Below are positions 25,960 through 39,064 of a DNA stretch of 64,000 nt, piece by piece (the first letter of the stretch is position 1; each line of letters begins with the position of its first letter). Below the pieces are notes generated by a model that had not been told where the DNA came from, made no database searches, and worked only from the letters and a program-made list of their open reading frames with translations. Source of the stretch: the human T2T-CHM13v2.0 reference genome, Homo sapiens. Location: the NCBI RefSeq assembly GCF_009914755.1, contig NC_060932.1, one strand, 5' to 3'. A program made the position numbers and the translations under genes.

Positions 25960-27500
25960 AACTGACCTTCCCTCAATTCTAGGCCTCCATTTCCAGGATT
26001 GAAGAAGCATGGACCACTGGCCAGATCTTCCTGAACCGTTCCCAAGACTCTGTGTCACCTCCGCCTCCTGCCTGGACACCCTTACAGCCAATCTTTGTAT
26101 GTCTTCTCTGGTGTTTATGTCACTGTGGGAGACCCAAGATTCTCAGGTCACACACCTCATCCTTCCTTCTCCAATCCTGATTTGGCCCTGCACCCTGATC
26201 TGTCCCTATCACCCATTGCCATATCTCTCATGATGCTTAATTCCTTGCATGCACAGTATTTAAATTATCCTAGCACTTTCTGCTTGGCAGAAATCACAGC
26301 CCTAATTCCACTCCACTCTGCTGAACCAACACCTGGTGCAGTTGGATGTACTGCGCCTGTAGAAAAAACCCAGAACGAGGATGGGGGGGCATCTCCATTT
26401 AACTTTATGACCATTGCTCTGAAGTGTGCCTTTTCAGTCGCCCTGCTTGCAGGAGAGATTTCATTTTCACCCGGAGACATTTATTTTTTGCCTTCCTTTC
26501 TCCCTAAAGTCTCCAGTAGTGCCATCTGCAGGCCACAGGTCCCTGCTGTGCAGATGGTCCACACAAGGGCAGCTGGGGGGCAGCTGTAAGCCGATCCCAT
26601 GCCACCTGCATCAGCCAAAAGGAAGGGGCTCTCTCATTCAACAGACACAAAGAACACTTACCAACACCACCAATTCCCAAATGCGTACCTGCAGCCTGAA
26701 CCCTGTTCTGAAATGTGGATTTGAGGGTCCAGCAGCCCACTCAGCTCACGCAATAGGACCCGAACCTCACATGCATATAAACAAGTTCCTAATATTTCTC
26801 CTCAAACTCATACCTCTGCAATCTTTCCATCTCATGAATGCAGCGTTATCCTTCCTAAAAGCCTTGGGGGCACTCCTGACCCTCTGCTCTCTCAACCCAC
26901 ATCCAACACATCAGCAATTTCTGTTCGCTATACCTTCAAAATATAAGTAGAATCTGATCAGTCGTGTTTCATGGCCAATGTGCTCATCCAAGCCACCATT
27001 TTCTCAGGCTGGACTGTTACCATCGTCTTCTAATTGGTGTGCTTGCTTCCATCTTTCCAACATCCTCCCTGGCTAACACCCCAGAGCCAAAGAGACTCCA
27101 TTACAACCTAAGTCACATAACTCTTCTGCTCAGATGATGCCGATGGCTTTCCAGCTCTCTCGAAGTAACAGCTGCAAGCATATTTACAGTGCCCTCAGGG
27201 TCCCTTCGTGGCTGCCACGCTGACATGACCTTAGGGACCTGGTGTCTAGTGTCACTCTCCTTGTTCACAAGCCAAGAGCTCCAGCTCCACCTGTCTCCAC
27301 ACCGTGCCCTGAAATACACAGATGTGCTGCACCCTGAGGCTTCTGCACTAGGCCCTCCACCTCGGTGTTTCTCTGATGCTCTGCCTAGCACTGCATGCCT
27401 TCACTCAAGGGTCTCTTTCTCAAATTGTGACACACCACATTCTCCTTCTCTGCTTCATTTCTCTCCATGGCATGTATCACCTGTGGCTATACTATATCCT
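25960..27500 (+). mobile_element. L2 LINE, fragmented ORF2 to 3' region
   Basis: TCTCCATTTAACTTTATGACCATTGCTCTGAAGTGTGCC and ACCCACATCCAACACATCAGCAATTTCTG...TACCTTCAAAATATAAGTAGAATCTGA...CCAAGCCACCAT match L2a. Confidence 0.8.
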
Positions 27501-27594
27501 GTATAATAAAATTATATAATACATAGAGACTGATAGGTCTATGAAATTGACTTATTTTGTTTACTCCTTTTCTCCAATCCTGTCCTGCCTTCAT

Positions 27595-29830
27595 AAAGCG
27601 TGTCTCACCTTAGTTTTAACTTGCATTCCCCTAAATGGCTAGTGAGGCTGAATGCGTTTGATATGCTTAACAATATTTTATCATTTCTTCCTGAGAGTGC
27701 CTGACTTGGTTCACAGGTAGATATAAACCTATCTATCAGATATAAATAGTGAGAGAAAACATGCACTTTCTCACCGCTGAGCTAACCTGGGGAAAGTTCT
27801 GCCTTTCTAGTTGCCACAGGAGGAAAGGTGCACAGGTGCGCGCAGCCAGGAGCATGTGGGGAAGCTCATCCTGGCAGGACCCACCCCAGCAGAAGCACTA
27901 GCAGGCAACACGGGGCCAGGGGTTTGATGTCAGGGAAGGCAAGATGGGAGCTTGCCAGATTTCCGTATCAACTGCCACTTAATAATCACATTCCATGCTT
28001 TTATGAATTATCCTTACTGATCTAATTTTGTATCAGTAGTGCTTGAAGGGCTTAAAGGAAAAACTAGCCCTTTCCTTAAGCAAAAGAGAGTGAGCTAGCT
28101 ATATGTCATCTATATATTTTAAAATTACAATAATAATACATAACTAGAGGAAAAGTGTAAAGAAATACATTAAACAAAAAGTAGGCGTCTCTTCATTGCT
28201 TAACTGTAAGCATACCCTCTGGGTATAATGATTATTAAGTTATCTACTAATAACATGCACTCTATAAACAGGTAGAATAAAAACAGAGATTACACATTAT
28301 TTTACAATTTGAATCTTGGTTAAAGAGGTTCTTCCAGAAAGTCAAGAAGAAAATGTCAACCATATTTCTCTTTCTAGCAAAATTAATAGTACACTGAAAT
28401 TAAGATTATTCAACTGTGTAAACGTGTTACATACCAATATTTCCACATTATATATCCTCAGATTTTATTTTTATTTTTACTATGATGATTTGTAGCACAT
28501 ATGTAAAAAGACCAGTGCCTTATGGATACCTCTTTTTTCCCCCAGCTATGCACATAGCACTCCATGAAACATTTATATGCATATATCTTTACATGTTGGT
28601 GGGTATTTCTCTCAAAGAAATTATTAGAGTTGAAATTGAGGGATTAATGTCTAAGAAAAATTTACCGTTTGAGAGCTATGGTCAAATTACCCTCCAGAAA
28701 TGTCCAGCCATTTCTCTCCAACTATTTGTAACAGAGGATCTCTTTCCCCAAACTCTTCCAATATGTTTATGAATCTTACAGGTGAAATGGGATCTACTTA
28801 TTTTTGCTTTTATTTACCTGAATATTAGAGGGATGTTAAGTATTATCTGATTTATATTCATTTATATATTCTCCTCTGTTAATGTCCTATGGCCATTTTT
28901 AACCATAAATAAATGTATATTAATTAGAGCTACTCAGGAATTGCATTCTTATTGTAAAACATACACAGGAGAGAAAGAAGCATCTCCAACATTAACACCA
29001 TTCTGTCTTAGGTTCCTTAGATGCCTGAGTTTAATGTTCCGTTTGCTAGCTTTTCTTCTTTTATTGCATGTACATAGCTTTTTATGTATTCATAAATGTA
29101 AATTTTTGTTTTATATTCTTAAATATAAGTTAATTTTTTCTCATTCAATGTGTTATAATTTTTTTAAAAAAATTCAATACATATAAATCTCCATCTTTGT
29201 GTATTATTCCATGACTTACGTATGTTAAGCCTTATTTAACAATTGTCCTATTAATAGACATCTAGAATATTTTCAATTTTTTAAAACAAGTAATACCTCA
29301 CTCATCATACTTTTATTTGCCTTCTAATGCAAATGTGCAAATATTTTTCTACAATGTGTACCAAGGAACTATATTAAAATTAGAGAATACATATTTTAGC
29401 ACTTAATAATGCCAAATTACTCTTCAATAAAAAGCTGCACTGATTTATACTCCTACTAGTAGTGTTGGAAAATCACAACATCATAGTTGATATTGACAAC
29501 TATTATGTCTCTTACTAAAATAATGGATTAAAAAAACTTGCATTGGTTTCTTCAACTTGCATTATTTTCCTTTAACATGCATCATTTAATTTCAACTTGC
29601 ATTATTCTAAATTACTAGTGAGGTTGAATTTATTTTCATAGACTTAATAAACATTTGTATCTCCATAATGAATAATGCTTGATTTTAATTTTTCTTAGTC
29701 TATTAGGTTATTATTATTGATTCATAATTTTTATATATTAGGAATATTAGTCTTCAAATTCAGATTATACAGGATATATTTTTTCTCACTTTACCATTAG
29801 TCTCAACCTTTAATCTTTTCATACAGAGGT
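27595..29830 (-). mobile_element. Ancient L1M (L1ME-type) fragments, discontinuous
   Basis: TAGTTTTAACTTGCATTCCCCT...AGTGAGGCTGAA, CAAATTACCCTCCAGAAATG and TTTAATTTCAACTTGCATT...ACTAGTGAGGTTGAA. Unique sequence intervenes at ~27.7-28.1 kb. Confidence 0.65.
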
Positions 29831-30544
29831 CAATCATTTTCACCCAGGTAAATGTGTCTCAAAAAATTGCTTTTGAAATCCACCCTTCTAACATTTGAGA
29901 ATGTGGGTAAAATGGTGGATGACATAAAGATTAAATGTAAGAGTTGTTGATGTGAATGAAGTGTGAAGCTTGTGAAGGCTATTACACAATTAGCTTGTGA
30001 GCCAAGAACTCCCTTCTGAAAGAAAATAACAGGTGTTGATTTTGAAATAAAGATAAAATGAATTAACGTAGCCCTAATCTTCTGAAAAACACAGCCTAAG
30101 TTTTGCCATTTTCTATTTGTGAGCTACAAACCTGCACTATTTCCTATGCAATGGTGTGCAGTGAGTATAGTGGTTAACACATTATTTTGGATACATTATA
30201 TTGCTCTTTTAGGATACAACCTGCTGAAAGGCCAATTCCCTTTTGGTTTTCTCAAATTTCTTTCCATTCTTATTTGTTCTTTTTCTCATTTCATGTTGTT
30301 TTAACCCGTGTTTGGATCCTCAGTTAAATTACAGTGTTTAATGGAAATGTGAGATCGTATACTTCATTCTGGTTGTTGTCGTTGTTGTTGTTTTTAGGGA
30401 AAAGGGTTCTTCTGTGAACTGAACGTGTCAGGTTTGGGGTCACCCTGTAAGTGCCATCTGGCTCATTCTCAGTTCTCCCAGCTTTCCCCCGGCAAAGTGC
30501 CAGGTGCTGTGTTGGCAAGATGTCCCTGCTTCAGTGACTCTCAA

Positions 30545-30730
30545 CTGTTCATTACTACCTTCCTGAAGTGTCCAGTTAAAACGCATTATCCGAAGCCCAC
30601 TGTGCAAATGAAAAAGCTGTGGGACAAGGCAGGTAAAATGTGCTCCCTGGTGCCTGAACTAGGTAATGTTCTGCCAGGTCACTGAAAGGCTGATCTCAAG
30701 AACTGAGGTTGTCTGTTTCAGAATTGCTTG
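30545..30730 (-). mobile_element. MIR fragment
   Basis: CCCACTGTGCAAATGAAAAAGCTGTGGGACAAGGCAGGTAAAATG is the antisense MIR core. Confidence 0.6.
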
Positions 30731-30867
30731 ATAGAGTTCAGTAAAAAGGCATTCATTTCATGTCAGTTTCCACAATCCATTCATTTTCTCTTAATTTATT
30801 AATGAGTTTATTTCCTGAGCCCTTCATTCATGAAGAGCCTCGTGCTACTTAGAAGGCCTTGTTCTCA

Positions 30868-31877
30868 CTATTAACAGAGTGAACAGATAACCTTCAAAAC
30901 CGGAGAAATTTTTTGCAAACTACCCATCCGACAAAGATCTAATATCCAGCATTTGTAAGCAACTTAAACAAATTTACAATAAGACAGCTCCAAAAAAAAA
31001 AAAGAAAGAAAAAAGAAAACAGCTGCATTAAAAAGTGGACAAACAACATGAACAGACACTTCTGAAAATAAGACATACATGTGGCCAACAATCATATGAA
31101 AAAAAGCTCAACATCACTGATCATTAGAGAAACGCAAATCAAAACCACAGTGAGATACCATCTCACACTACTCAGAATTGTTGTTATTAAAAAATCAAAC
31201 AACAACAGATGCTGGCAAGGTTGCAGATAAAATGGAACATGTATACACTCTTGGTGGGAGTGTAAATTAGTTCAACTATTGAGGAAACTAGTATGATGAT
31301 TCCTCAAAGACCTAAAAACAGAACTACCATTCAAGCCAGCAATCCCTTTACTGGCTATGTAGCCAAAGGAACAGCAATCATTCTATCATAAAGACACATG
31401 CAGGTGTATGTTCACTGCAGCTCTATTCACAATAGCAAAGACATGGAATCAACCTAAATGCCCATCAGCTGTAGAATGGATAAAGAAAATGTGATATGTA
31501 TATACCATATAATACTATCAAGACATAAAAAAAAATGAGATCATGTCCTTGGCAGGCACATGGATGGAACTGGAGGCCATTATCTTTAGCAAACTAACAC
31601 AGCAACAGAAAACCAAATACCACACGTTCTACCTTCTAAGTGGAAGGTGAATAATAAGAACACAGGGACACATAAAGGGAAAAACAGACACTGAGACCTA
31701 CTGCAGGGTGGACGGTGGGAGGAGGGAGAGCATCAGCAAAAATAACTAATGGGTACTCGGCATAATACCTGAGTGGTGAAATAATTTGCATATCAAACCC
31801 CCATGACACTAGTTTATCTATATGACATGTATCCCTGAACTTAAAATAAAAGTTAAAAATAAATAAATAAATAAAAA
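30868..31877 (+). mobile_element. L1PA13-like, ~1 kb 5'-truncated, inserted into an antisense L2 end
   Basis: ORF2 3' region (GCAAATCAAAACCACAGTGAGATACCATCTCAC) and 3'UTR AATAACTAATGGGTACT...CCCCCATGACAC...CCCTGAACTTAAAATAAAAGTT with an A-rich tail. TSD-like AAGGCCTTGTTCTCA / AAAGCCTTTTTCTCA. Confidence 0.92.
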
Positions 31878-32899
31878 GCCTTTTTCTCAGTATTAAGGAT
31901 ACAGAGAAAAATCAGATGGCCTGAACCAACGTAGCCCTTGATTAGACTGGGAGAAAGAAAAGCACACATGGTCACGGTGTTTGTAGTTTCTGGATGTTAG
32001 GAACACAGAGGAGATATTCATTTAAGCCAGACTGGCTGAACTGGGGGAGGTCACTGATCTTGGAGACAACTAGATCTGACTTTGGATTCTGAAAAGAGAA
32101 CAGTGCAGTCTTGAGGGCTGTGTTGGTGACATAGGTCTGTTTATACACACTGTGCGGCTGTAGAACTTCTCTGTCAAATTAGCATCTGTAAAGCTTTCCA
32201 CTTCCCTCCCCTCAAATTTAGGAAGTTCTCTGTGCTATCCTCAGGCTGGGTTCTTTCACTGCCCTCTCTCCAGGAGGCCTACCCCTTCCCCTGGGGATGC
32301 AATCTGCTATGTGCTATAAAGTGTAATTATCTAGTGTTCCACAGCCATGGAGAAGACCTTCCTAACCTTCCTGCAATTTTCTAAAGGATGAAGAGCATGT
32401 TTATTTTACTGTTAGAATGCTCAAGGTCCCTGTGTCCCTGGACCACCTGTACTTTGGAAATACAGGCTGCGTAACTCTTATCTAAAGTGAGGTTTTGAAA
32501 AATTGTCTGTATTTAGAACTCTTTAAAGACGTACTTTTCAGTGACTCCTACAGTCATTATAGGTTTTATCCCTGGATCAAACTAAGTAATCAGAAACCAG
32601 AAAGCTCAGACTTCAGTGCTTGAACTTTTACAGACTTCTTTTATGACGTTGCATTGAAACACATGCTGTCGGCGTTCATTGAAGACATACAAGCAGCATC
32701 TTAGGGAGATGTTGCTGCCTCTGTGATGGAGATCTTCTTAAAAGCATCATTCAGTAGATTAAGTCTCACATGTGGAATATGTTTTTTGGTTTCCAAAAGA
32801 AGCTGCCATGTTTTTCTCTGTGGATGATGAAAACTCTGCAAGTCCCTCCTACAACAAATGCGACTGGCGCCCACTGCTCTTGGCAATGGAGGTGAGAAC

Positions 32900-34010
32900 A
32901 TACCATGTCTGTGACGGGGAAGGACAGGGTTTGGAAGGAGATGCAGACATTAAATAGGACACACACCAAAGACGGGGTCAATTTCGGAGGATGAATAAAC
33001 CCATTAAGAAAACGGCAAAGGGTGGTGAGATCCACTGCGATGCTGCGCACCAGTGATTTGAATAAGACTTGGGGAAGACCTTGGGGCCTGACATTTAATC
33101 TGAGAGCTTCTACCATGAAGGAGCCAAGCAGGATGGACGTCTGGCTGCATCATCTCAAGAAGAATGGATGCAAGCACAAAGGCTGGCATGAGCTGGGGCG
33201 GCTGAAAGAGCAGAAGAGCGGACACAGAAAGGTGCCTGGGGACCAGATCCTAGAGGGGCTTCAGGAACACATTGTGGGGTTTGGAAATTACTCGATGTAA
33301 AATGCGACACTGGGGAATGGACTGTAGCGCAGTGGGGAAGGAGTGGAACAGTGAGGCCATTCGGGAGCCACCACAATGGTCCTCATGATTTGAATTGAGA
33401 CCATAGCTGAGAAGAAGGATAAAAGGCAATATTTACACTGCATTAAGGATCCTAAACTCAAAGAATTTGCTGTTCTATTAGGTGAAGGAGAATTAGATAC
33501 TAAGAAGGACAGTGAGTGACGTTTTGGCGACTTCTGCGTAGACATGGTCTATGAAGTTATGGATTGGAGGAGTTCCTGCAGGAGGGAGTGAGATGATGTA
33601 GGTGAATGGGTGGAAAAGCCCGAACTGGGTTCCGAGGGTCACTGGCATGGAGAGGTGGAGAAAAGGGGAGGAAGCAGCCGGCATGGAAGAAGGAAAGCAG
33701 GAGAGGCTCCTTCAGGAGGAATGTTTTATTGGAGAGGAGTCCCATTGTGAGAGGAGGAAGAGGAGGAGGACCAGAGTTTCCTCACAGCCTCCGGAGCATG
33801 GAAGTGGGTGGTGAATTCCAGGAGAGCAGCTCTGGCTGAGGTCTAGGGAGGGGGCAGAATCTTCTCGAGTGGATTGAGGAAAGAAAGGCAGTCAAAGAAA
33901 TGGAGACAGCCAGTGAAGACCTCCTCAAAGCTTTGTGGTAAAGGGAAGGTACAAAAACAGCTGAGAGCTTGAGGGAATTTGCAGATCAATCAAGGATTGC
34001 CTTTTGGAAA
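32900..34010 (-). mobile_element. L2 LINE fragments
   Basis: GACCAGATCCTAGAGGGGCTT...TTTGGAAATTACTC and GTAAAGGGAAGG...CAGCTGAGAG...GATCAATCAAGG resemble antisense L2. Confidence 0.6.
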
Positions 34011-34753
34011 CACTAGAGTGTGTTCCAAACTTGGTAGGAAATCACAAGCAAATTTCCATGTTTCTCTTTATGAGGAGATCAATGGGAAGCTCGGAGGCAA
34101 ATTTATGGAGTAACTGTAAAATTGCGAAGGGCCACATGTCTTACATTTCTTCCTACAGTTCTATTTCCAGTTTTTATACCCTTTGATCTTAATACTGCAT
34201 TTTAATTACCTATTTTGAAATATACTTGTTGTCTTTTCTATATATTTGTTTTCTTCCTTTTAAAAAATAAGTTAAAAAAGCAAGAAATTAACCTCTGGAA
34301 ACCAGTGACAGTCATGTTTTGTGAAGGAAACTCATGTTTGAAAGGAGGGGAGGGGAAAACTCCTCTCACCCCTGATATCGCTAAGCCAGACGTTTAAAAT
34401 CAAATGCATTCACGTGTTGTTTTATTTACCTTAGAAGTTTTTAGAATTAGTATGGGAAAAGGTGATGCACATTTCAAAGCCCAGGATGACTGTTGTGTTA
34501 GTTTTCATGTATAGTGTTGTCCTAGAGTACTCAATAAACTTTCCTGTATTTCTAAAGAATTCTGCACTTAGAAGCCTGGAGACACCATTCTCCTTTTATT
34601 CCTGTCTCTTGTTGGAGAGTCCTAACAGAATTGATAAAATATGTAAGTGTGTAAGTGTGGATGTAATTTATTAGGAGAAATTTATTCATATTTATTCCTA
34701 AAAAATTATTAATTCTAAAATGAGGTACTGGCTTTTTATCATGCTTCATGGTA

Positions 34754-35067
34754 TTGTTTTTGTTTGTTTCTTTGTTTTTGAGACAGAGTCTTGCTCTGTT
34801 GCCTGGGGTGAAGTGCAGTGGTGCTATCAGTGCGCACTGTAGCCTTGACTTCCCAGGCTCAAGCAATCCTCCAGCCTTGGCCTCCTGAGTACCTGGAAGC
34901 ACAGGCATAGGCCACCAGGCACAGCAAATTTTTAAAAATTTTTTGTAGAAACGAGGTTTCACCATGTTGCCCAAGGTGGTCTTGAACTTCTGACCTCAAG
35001 TGATTCGCCCGCCTTGGCCTCCCAAAATCATGCGTGGGATTACAGGCATGATCCACTCTGTCCAGCC
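34754..35067 (-). mobile_element. AluJ
   Basis: CACTGTAGCCTTGACTTCCCAGGCTCAAGCAATCCTCC is diagnostic of AluJ. Confidence 0.93.
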
Positions 35068-37976
35068 TCTCATGCTTGGCTTTTTATCATGATTTATTTA
35101 GAAGCACAAGAAATAATTCATAAGTCATAACACAGATCTCAAGCAATAACATACTTTCATATGAAATGTGAGCATTTTCATTTCGTATAGTGTTTTTTTG
35201 CCTGTCGTAACCACAATGTCTTAAGGTTCTTACAAGGGAGATTCAGCCTGAAGTAGTGCAACTCCTCGGTGAAGCAGGCGAATTTTGCACTTTCCCCATC
35301 CCTTCCTCTACCTTTCCTACAGGAGAAGTGACTTTTGGAAGAAGGAAGTGGACACTGGGCTCAGCACCCCACACTGCTTGCTTTGAGACCTGCCTACAGT
35401 GAGCAGATGTCCTGGTGTGGCCCTTGATGCGTGGTGAAAGGAAACTTCTGCATGCTGGGAGCCCTCCAGGTGTCCAGCGGTGTCCATGATGGGGGAGGCA
35501 TGTGCTCTTCCATGGCTACCTGCCAGACATGGCTGCAGACCGAACCCACGTTCCATACAGGCTTAGAAGCGGAGTCTAGCGTTCCAGATGAATTCTCTTA
35601 ATCTAGCAGGCCCTATAGCTCTCTCAATTTGCTTCTAAGACGAGGGAGCAAATTTACTTATAGATACCCTCAAGCTTCGATGTTCCCCATATTCAGGTAA
35701 AGGCCAGAGAAAAAAATGAGCTCTTCAGGGTTACACTGTTAGATCTAACAACCAGAATCCACAATTTCTGCCCAGTTCATCTACTCCTTACAGTAGAATG
35801 TCTATTTTCCCCTGAATAAGGGTCTGAGCACATGGCTTGTACATTTTATATATTTTCATATGCAGTCACAATAAAATAGCAAGTTTGACCGTTAATAATT
35901 CACTTTGATATGTAAATCTAGCGTTAGCATGGCATGTTAAGTTAAATGGAACATTATCATGGAGATTGTATATTTATAGAACTGACTTAAATTTTGTCTA
36001 ATAATGACAAACAAACATTACTAAACCATTCAGAAGGAAAATTGTATCTTCAAGTAAATCATTTTATAGGTCGTGGCCATGACCTAAAGCTTTGTCTACA
36101 TCAAGGTCATGCAAAGTTTTTTTTTTTTTAAACTTAAACTGAATATAAATGATAAAACTTTCCAAAGATAAAATGATTTATTAGTACCTCCATCTAATTA
36201 CATATTCATGCTGGGTGGTCATGCATTGAACATTTGCTATCAGCTTCTGCCTGTCTTCCTTCCTCCTTCCCTGCCCACATTCCTTTCCTTTTGTCTTTGT
36301 ACATTTTTTGCACGAGAGATTCAAATGGAGAATTCCAAATTTTGTAGTTCAGGGATAAAACTAATATCAAGTAGTGAGAAGTCGAGATGATAATTTCTTA
36401 CATTATATACAATTTCCAGGAATGGGACTAAAATAAATCAATCTCTTCTCCCAGTGTATAATATTCTCTACACTATTCTTTAAAATATTCTTACACGTGT
36501 ATCTTCTTTATTTGATACACGAAGAAAATCCTGGATTTGCCTCTAAGAGTCTCCCACATTATAACAATAATATCAACAATGATACCAGTCTTGCCTTTCC
36601 AGTGTAAACATGAACAGACTCTTAAATATTAACTAAGTAGAACACAAGCTAGCTTTTTAATATTTTTATTTATTTAAAAAATGAAAAAGGAAATTATATA
36701 GATAGGAAGTATAGAAAAAATTGCGTGCATTATTTCAAACATTTTTACCGATAAATCTGTAAGATCTATCTCTGTTTATTGACAGAAAAATCTCCAAAAG
36801 ACCCAAATAAGTAGTTTCATATTCAACTAGTCTGAGTTGCTAGTATGTCTGATGCTTCAGTGAGACACTGTGTCATGGGAAATATTAGACCCTTGTACTT
36901 TATGTTGGACAGTTATGCTTCCTGAGTTTGTGCAAACTTTGAGTAACTATAACGACGACCACAAATCCAGCTTTCCATATCTTATCAAGTGTGTCCTGGA
37001 CACAAACCATAATAAACTGACTGAGCTTAATTATTCACCAATATCACAAGTTATATGAAGTCTCAGAGAATGTACATGACAGAAAATAACTTTAATATAT
37101 GACTAAGTTTTTAAAATCATGATGCAAGCACTTCAAGCAAAAAATAATATATTAGTACTAATAATTTAGTATATTTTACCTCTGAAGTTTGGATAGTTCT
37201 CTAAGAACAGGGATAGCATCTGAGTTATTCTGGGGTACCCAAGCATGTAGTCATCTTCTTGAATCTTAGGTGTTCAAACAATCATTTTGTTTTATTAGTA
37301 CTATCAAAGCCTGGAGCAGGTGGTGGTTTATTACAGCACACTTCTCTTTGCCTAGAAATATACAGGTATGTATTTATACACTATACCTGTGTATATAGGA
37401 TTGTATATTACATATTGTTCATCAATATGTATCAATATCAAATGTATGTCAAAAATGTCCTGCAGCCAAATCTAAATCATTACAAGATTATTATTCATTA
37501 GAATCATCTAAGGAATCTCTATAGACATAAAGTATTCATACACTGTAGCACAAGCCAATTAATGTGGAGGAAATGAATCAGTCCGGTCATTGAGAACAAT
37601 GTCCCAGGTTTTTGCTTCTCGTTTTGCTTAGAAATGGGACAGAGACCAAGTTACCGTGAGAGCAAGGAAGATGTAGCTCCTCCCCAGCTACAGTCTACTT
37701 TGTCATTCTCTATTGATATTACCTTAACAATCACATAGCTATCAGAATGAGATTTGCTTTTATTAACTGGTTTCATAAATGAAAAAGCACAAACATCTTT
37801 TTCTGTGTAGACACCAATATTTCTTGACGTCACATAGTTCTCAGAAAAAAATGAAAGGCTAACTCCTAACCTACATAGAAAAAGTGTTGCATGTGGACTA
37901 GCACGTTTTTCTATGAACTAACATTGCTTTCAGCTTCAGATATTTGTCATTTATTTCGTGTATAGAGTGTGTACCG

Positions 37977-38006
37977 GTGTGCGTGTGCGTGTGTGTGTGT
38001 GTGTGT
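37977..38006. repeat. (GT)n/(GC) microsatellite
   Basis: GTGTGCGTGTGCGTGTGTGTGTGTGTGTGT. Confidence 0.85.
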
Positions 38007-39064
38007 TGCGTTTTAGTCTTCTTCTGGTGTGGATGTTGTATTCACGTTTTTATCCCCTATAACGAAATAGTGCTTGGTATGTGATACGACTTACTACATA
38101 TTTATTTGATGGGTTAGAATTGTATTAAGATGGACTGGTAATTTTGATTCTGTACCGAAGTTACTGACTAATGTAAGTATAAAATCCTCGAAGATTATAA
38201 AAGATTTTCTTTTTTTTTTGACTGAGAACTCCTAACCTAACAAACGTATTACTAAATTCATTTACTGTCACAAGTTTCTACTGTGACTGCTAGTACCTTC
38301 GACCATGGTACAGAGGAAATTGGATTCAAGAATAGCCAAGAGGAGCAGTTAGGGAAAATAATGCAATTTCAGGTGCAATTCTATATGAATCACCTTCTCT
38401 TAACATTCATGAGAACTCAAATTCTCTTGCTCTACATGCTGATATTAGATTACATTTTTCAAAAACTATCCCATTATTACTGCATCGTTGTTCTTTATTG
38501 TTAATTGACAGTAAACAATATGCCAAATTGCCATATAAATGAACTGCCTCATGACCAAATTAGCTTCAGTTTCCAGGATTTGAGTGATATTTATGTAAAT
38601 TTTAATTCTTGAGATATCTCGCTGCTTCACTTTATTTCCTTAGAGTTATAAATAAAATTTGATTTTCTAAAGCCACGTAGTTTATTTTACTAAGTGCTTC
38701 TCAGTAGCATTGTGAATAGCCAGTTATCTTCCACTACACAAATAGTACTATATTTTTGGATTCTCCATTTTAAATCTAGGACATACATGTTTCTTAACCT
38801 TTCCTGTAAAGTCTAAAAAGGAAGAAAGCTTTGCACACGTTTCCCAAATCCTCAGCTCCAATCCTTAAATAAGCAAAATATATTAAAATTATATTATACA
38901 GCTATTATCCAAAATTTGTCTCACGAAAAACAATGTATTTTCTTTTAGATGGTCGGTTATAAAGATAATTCCTAAAAATAACGTAATGACCTGCGCATTT
39001 ATATTTTTTCTAATACAAATTTTTCTAGTCCTCCTTCGTGTACCATTGAAAGTAAACACAATGT

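Noticed and set aside
26095-26950. 164-aa and 174-aa overlapping ORFs
   Set aside because: They lie within L2 remnants and look like chance open frames.
30398-30446. 49-nt micro-exon candidate (TTTTTAG| ... CCT|GTAAGT)
   Set aside because: Weak exonic donor positions, non-triplet length and an unrecognised peptide. Such pairs are expected by chance in 64 kb.
34552-35056. Alu-type ORFs here and at 5009, 7972, 8442, 44233, 49168, 54656 and 62846
   Set aside because: Typical Alu translations, not genes.
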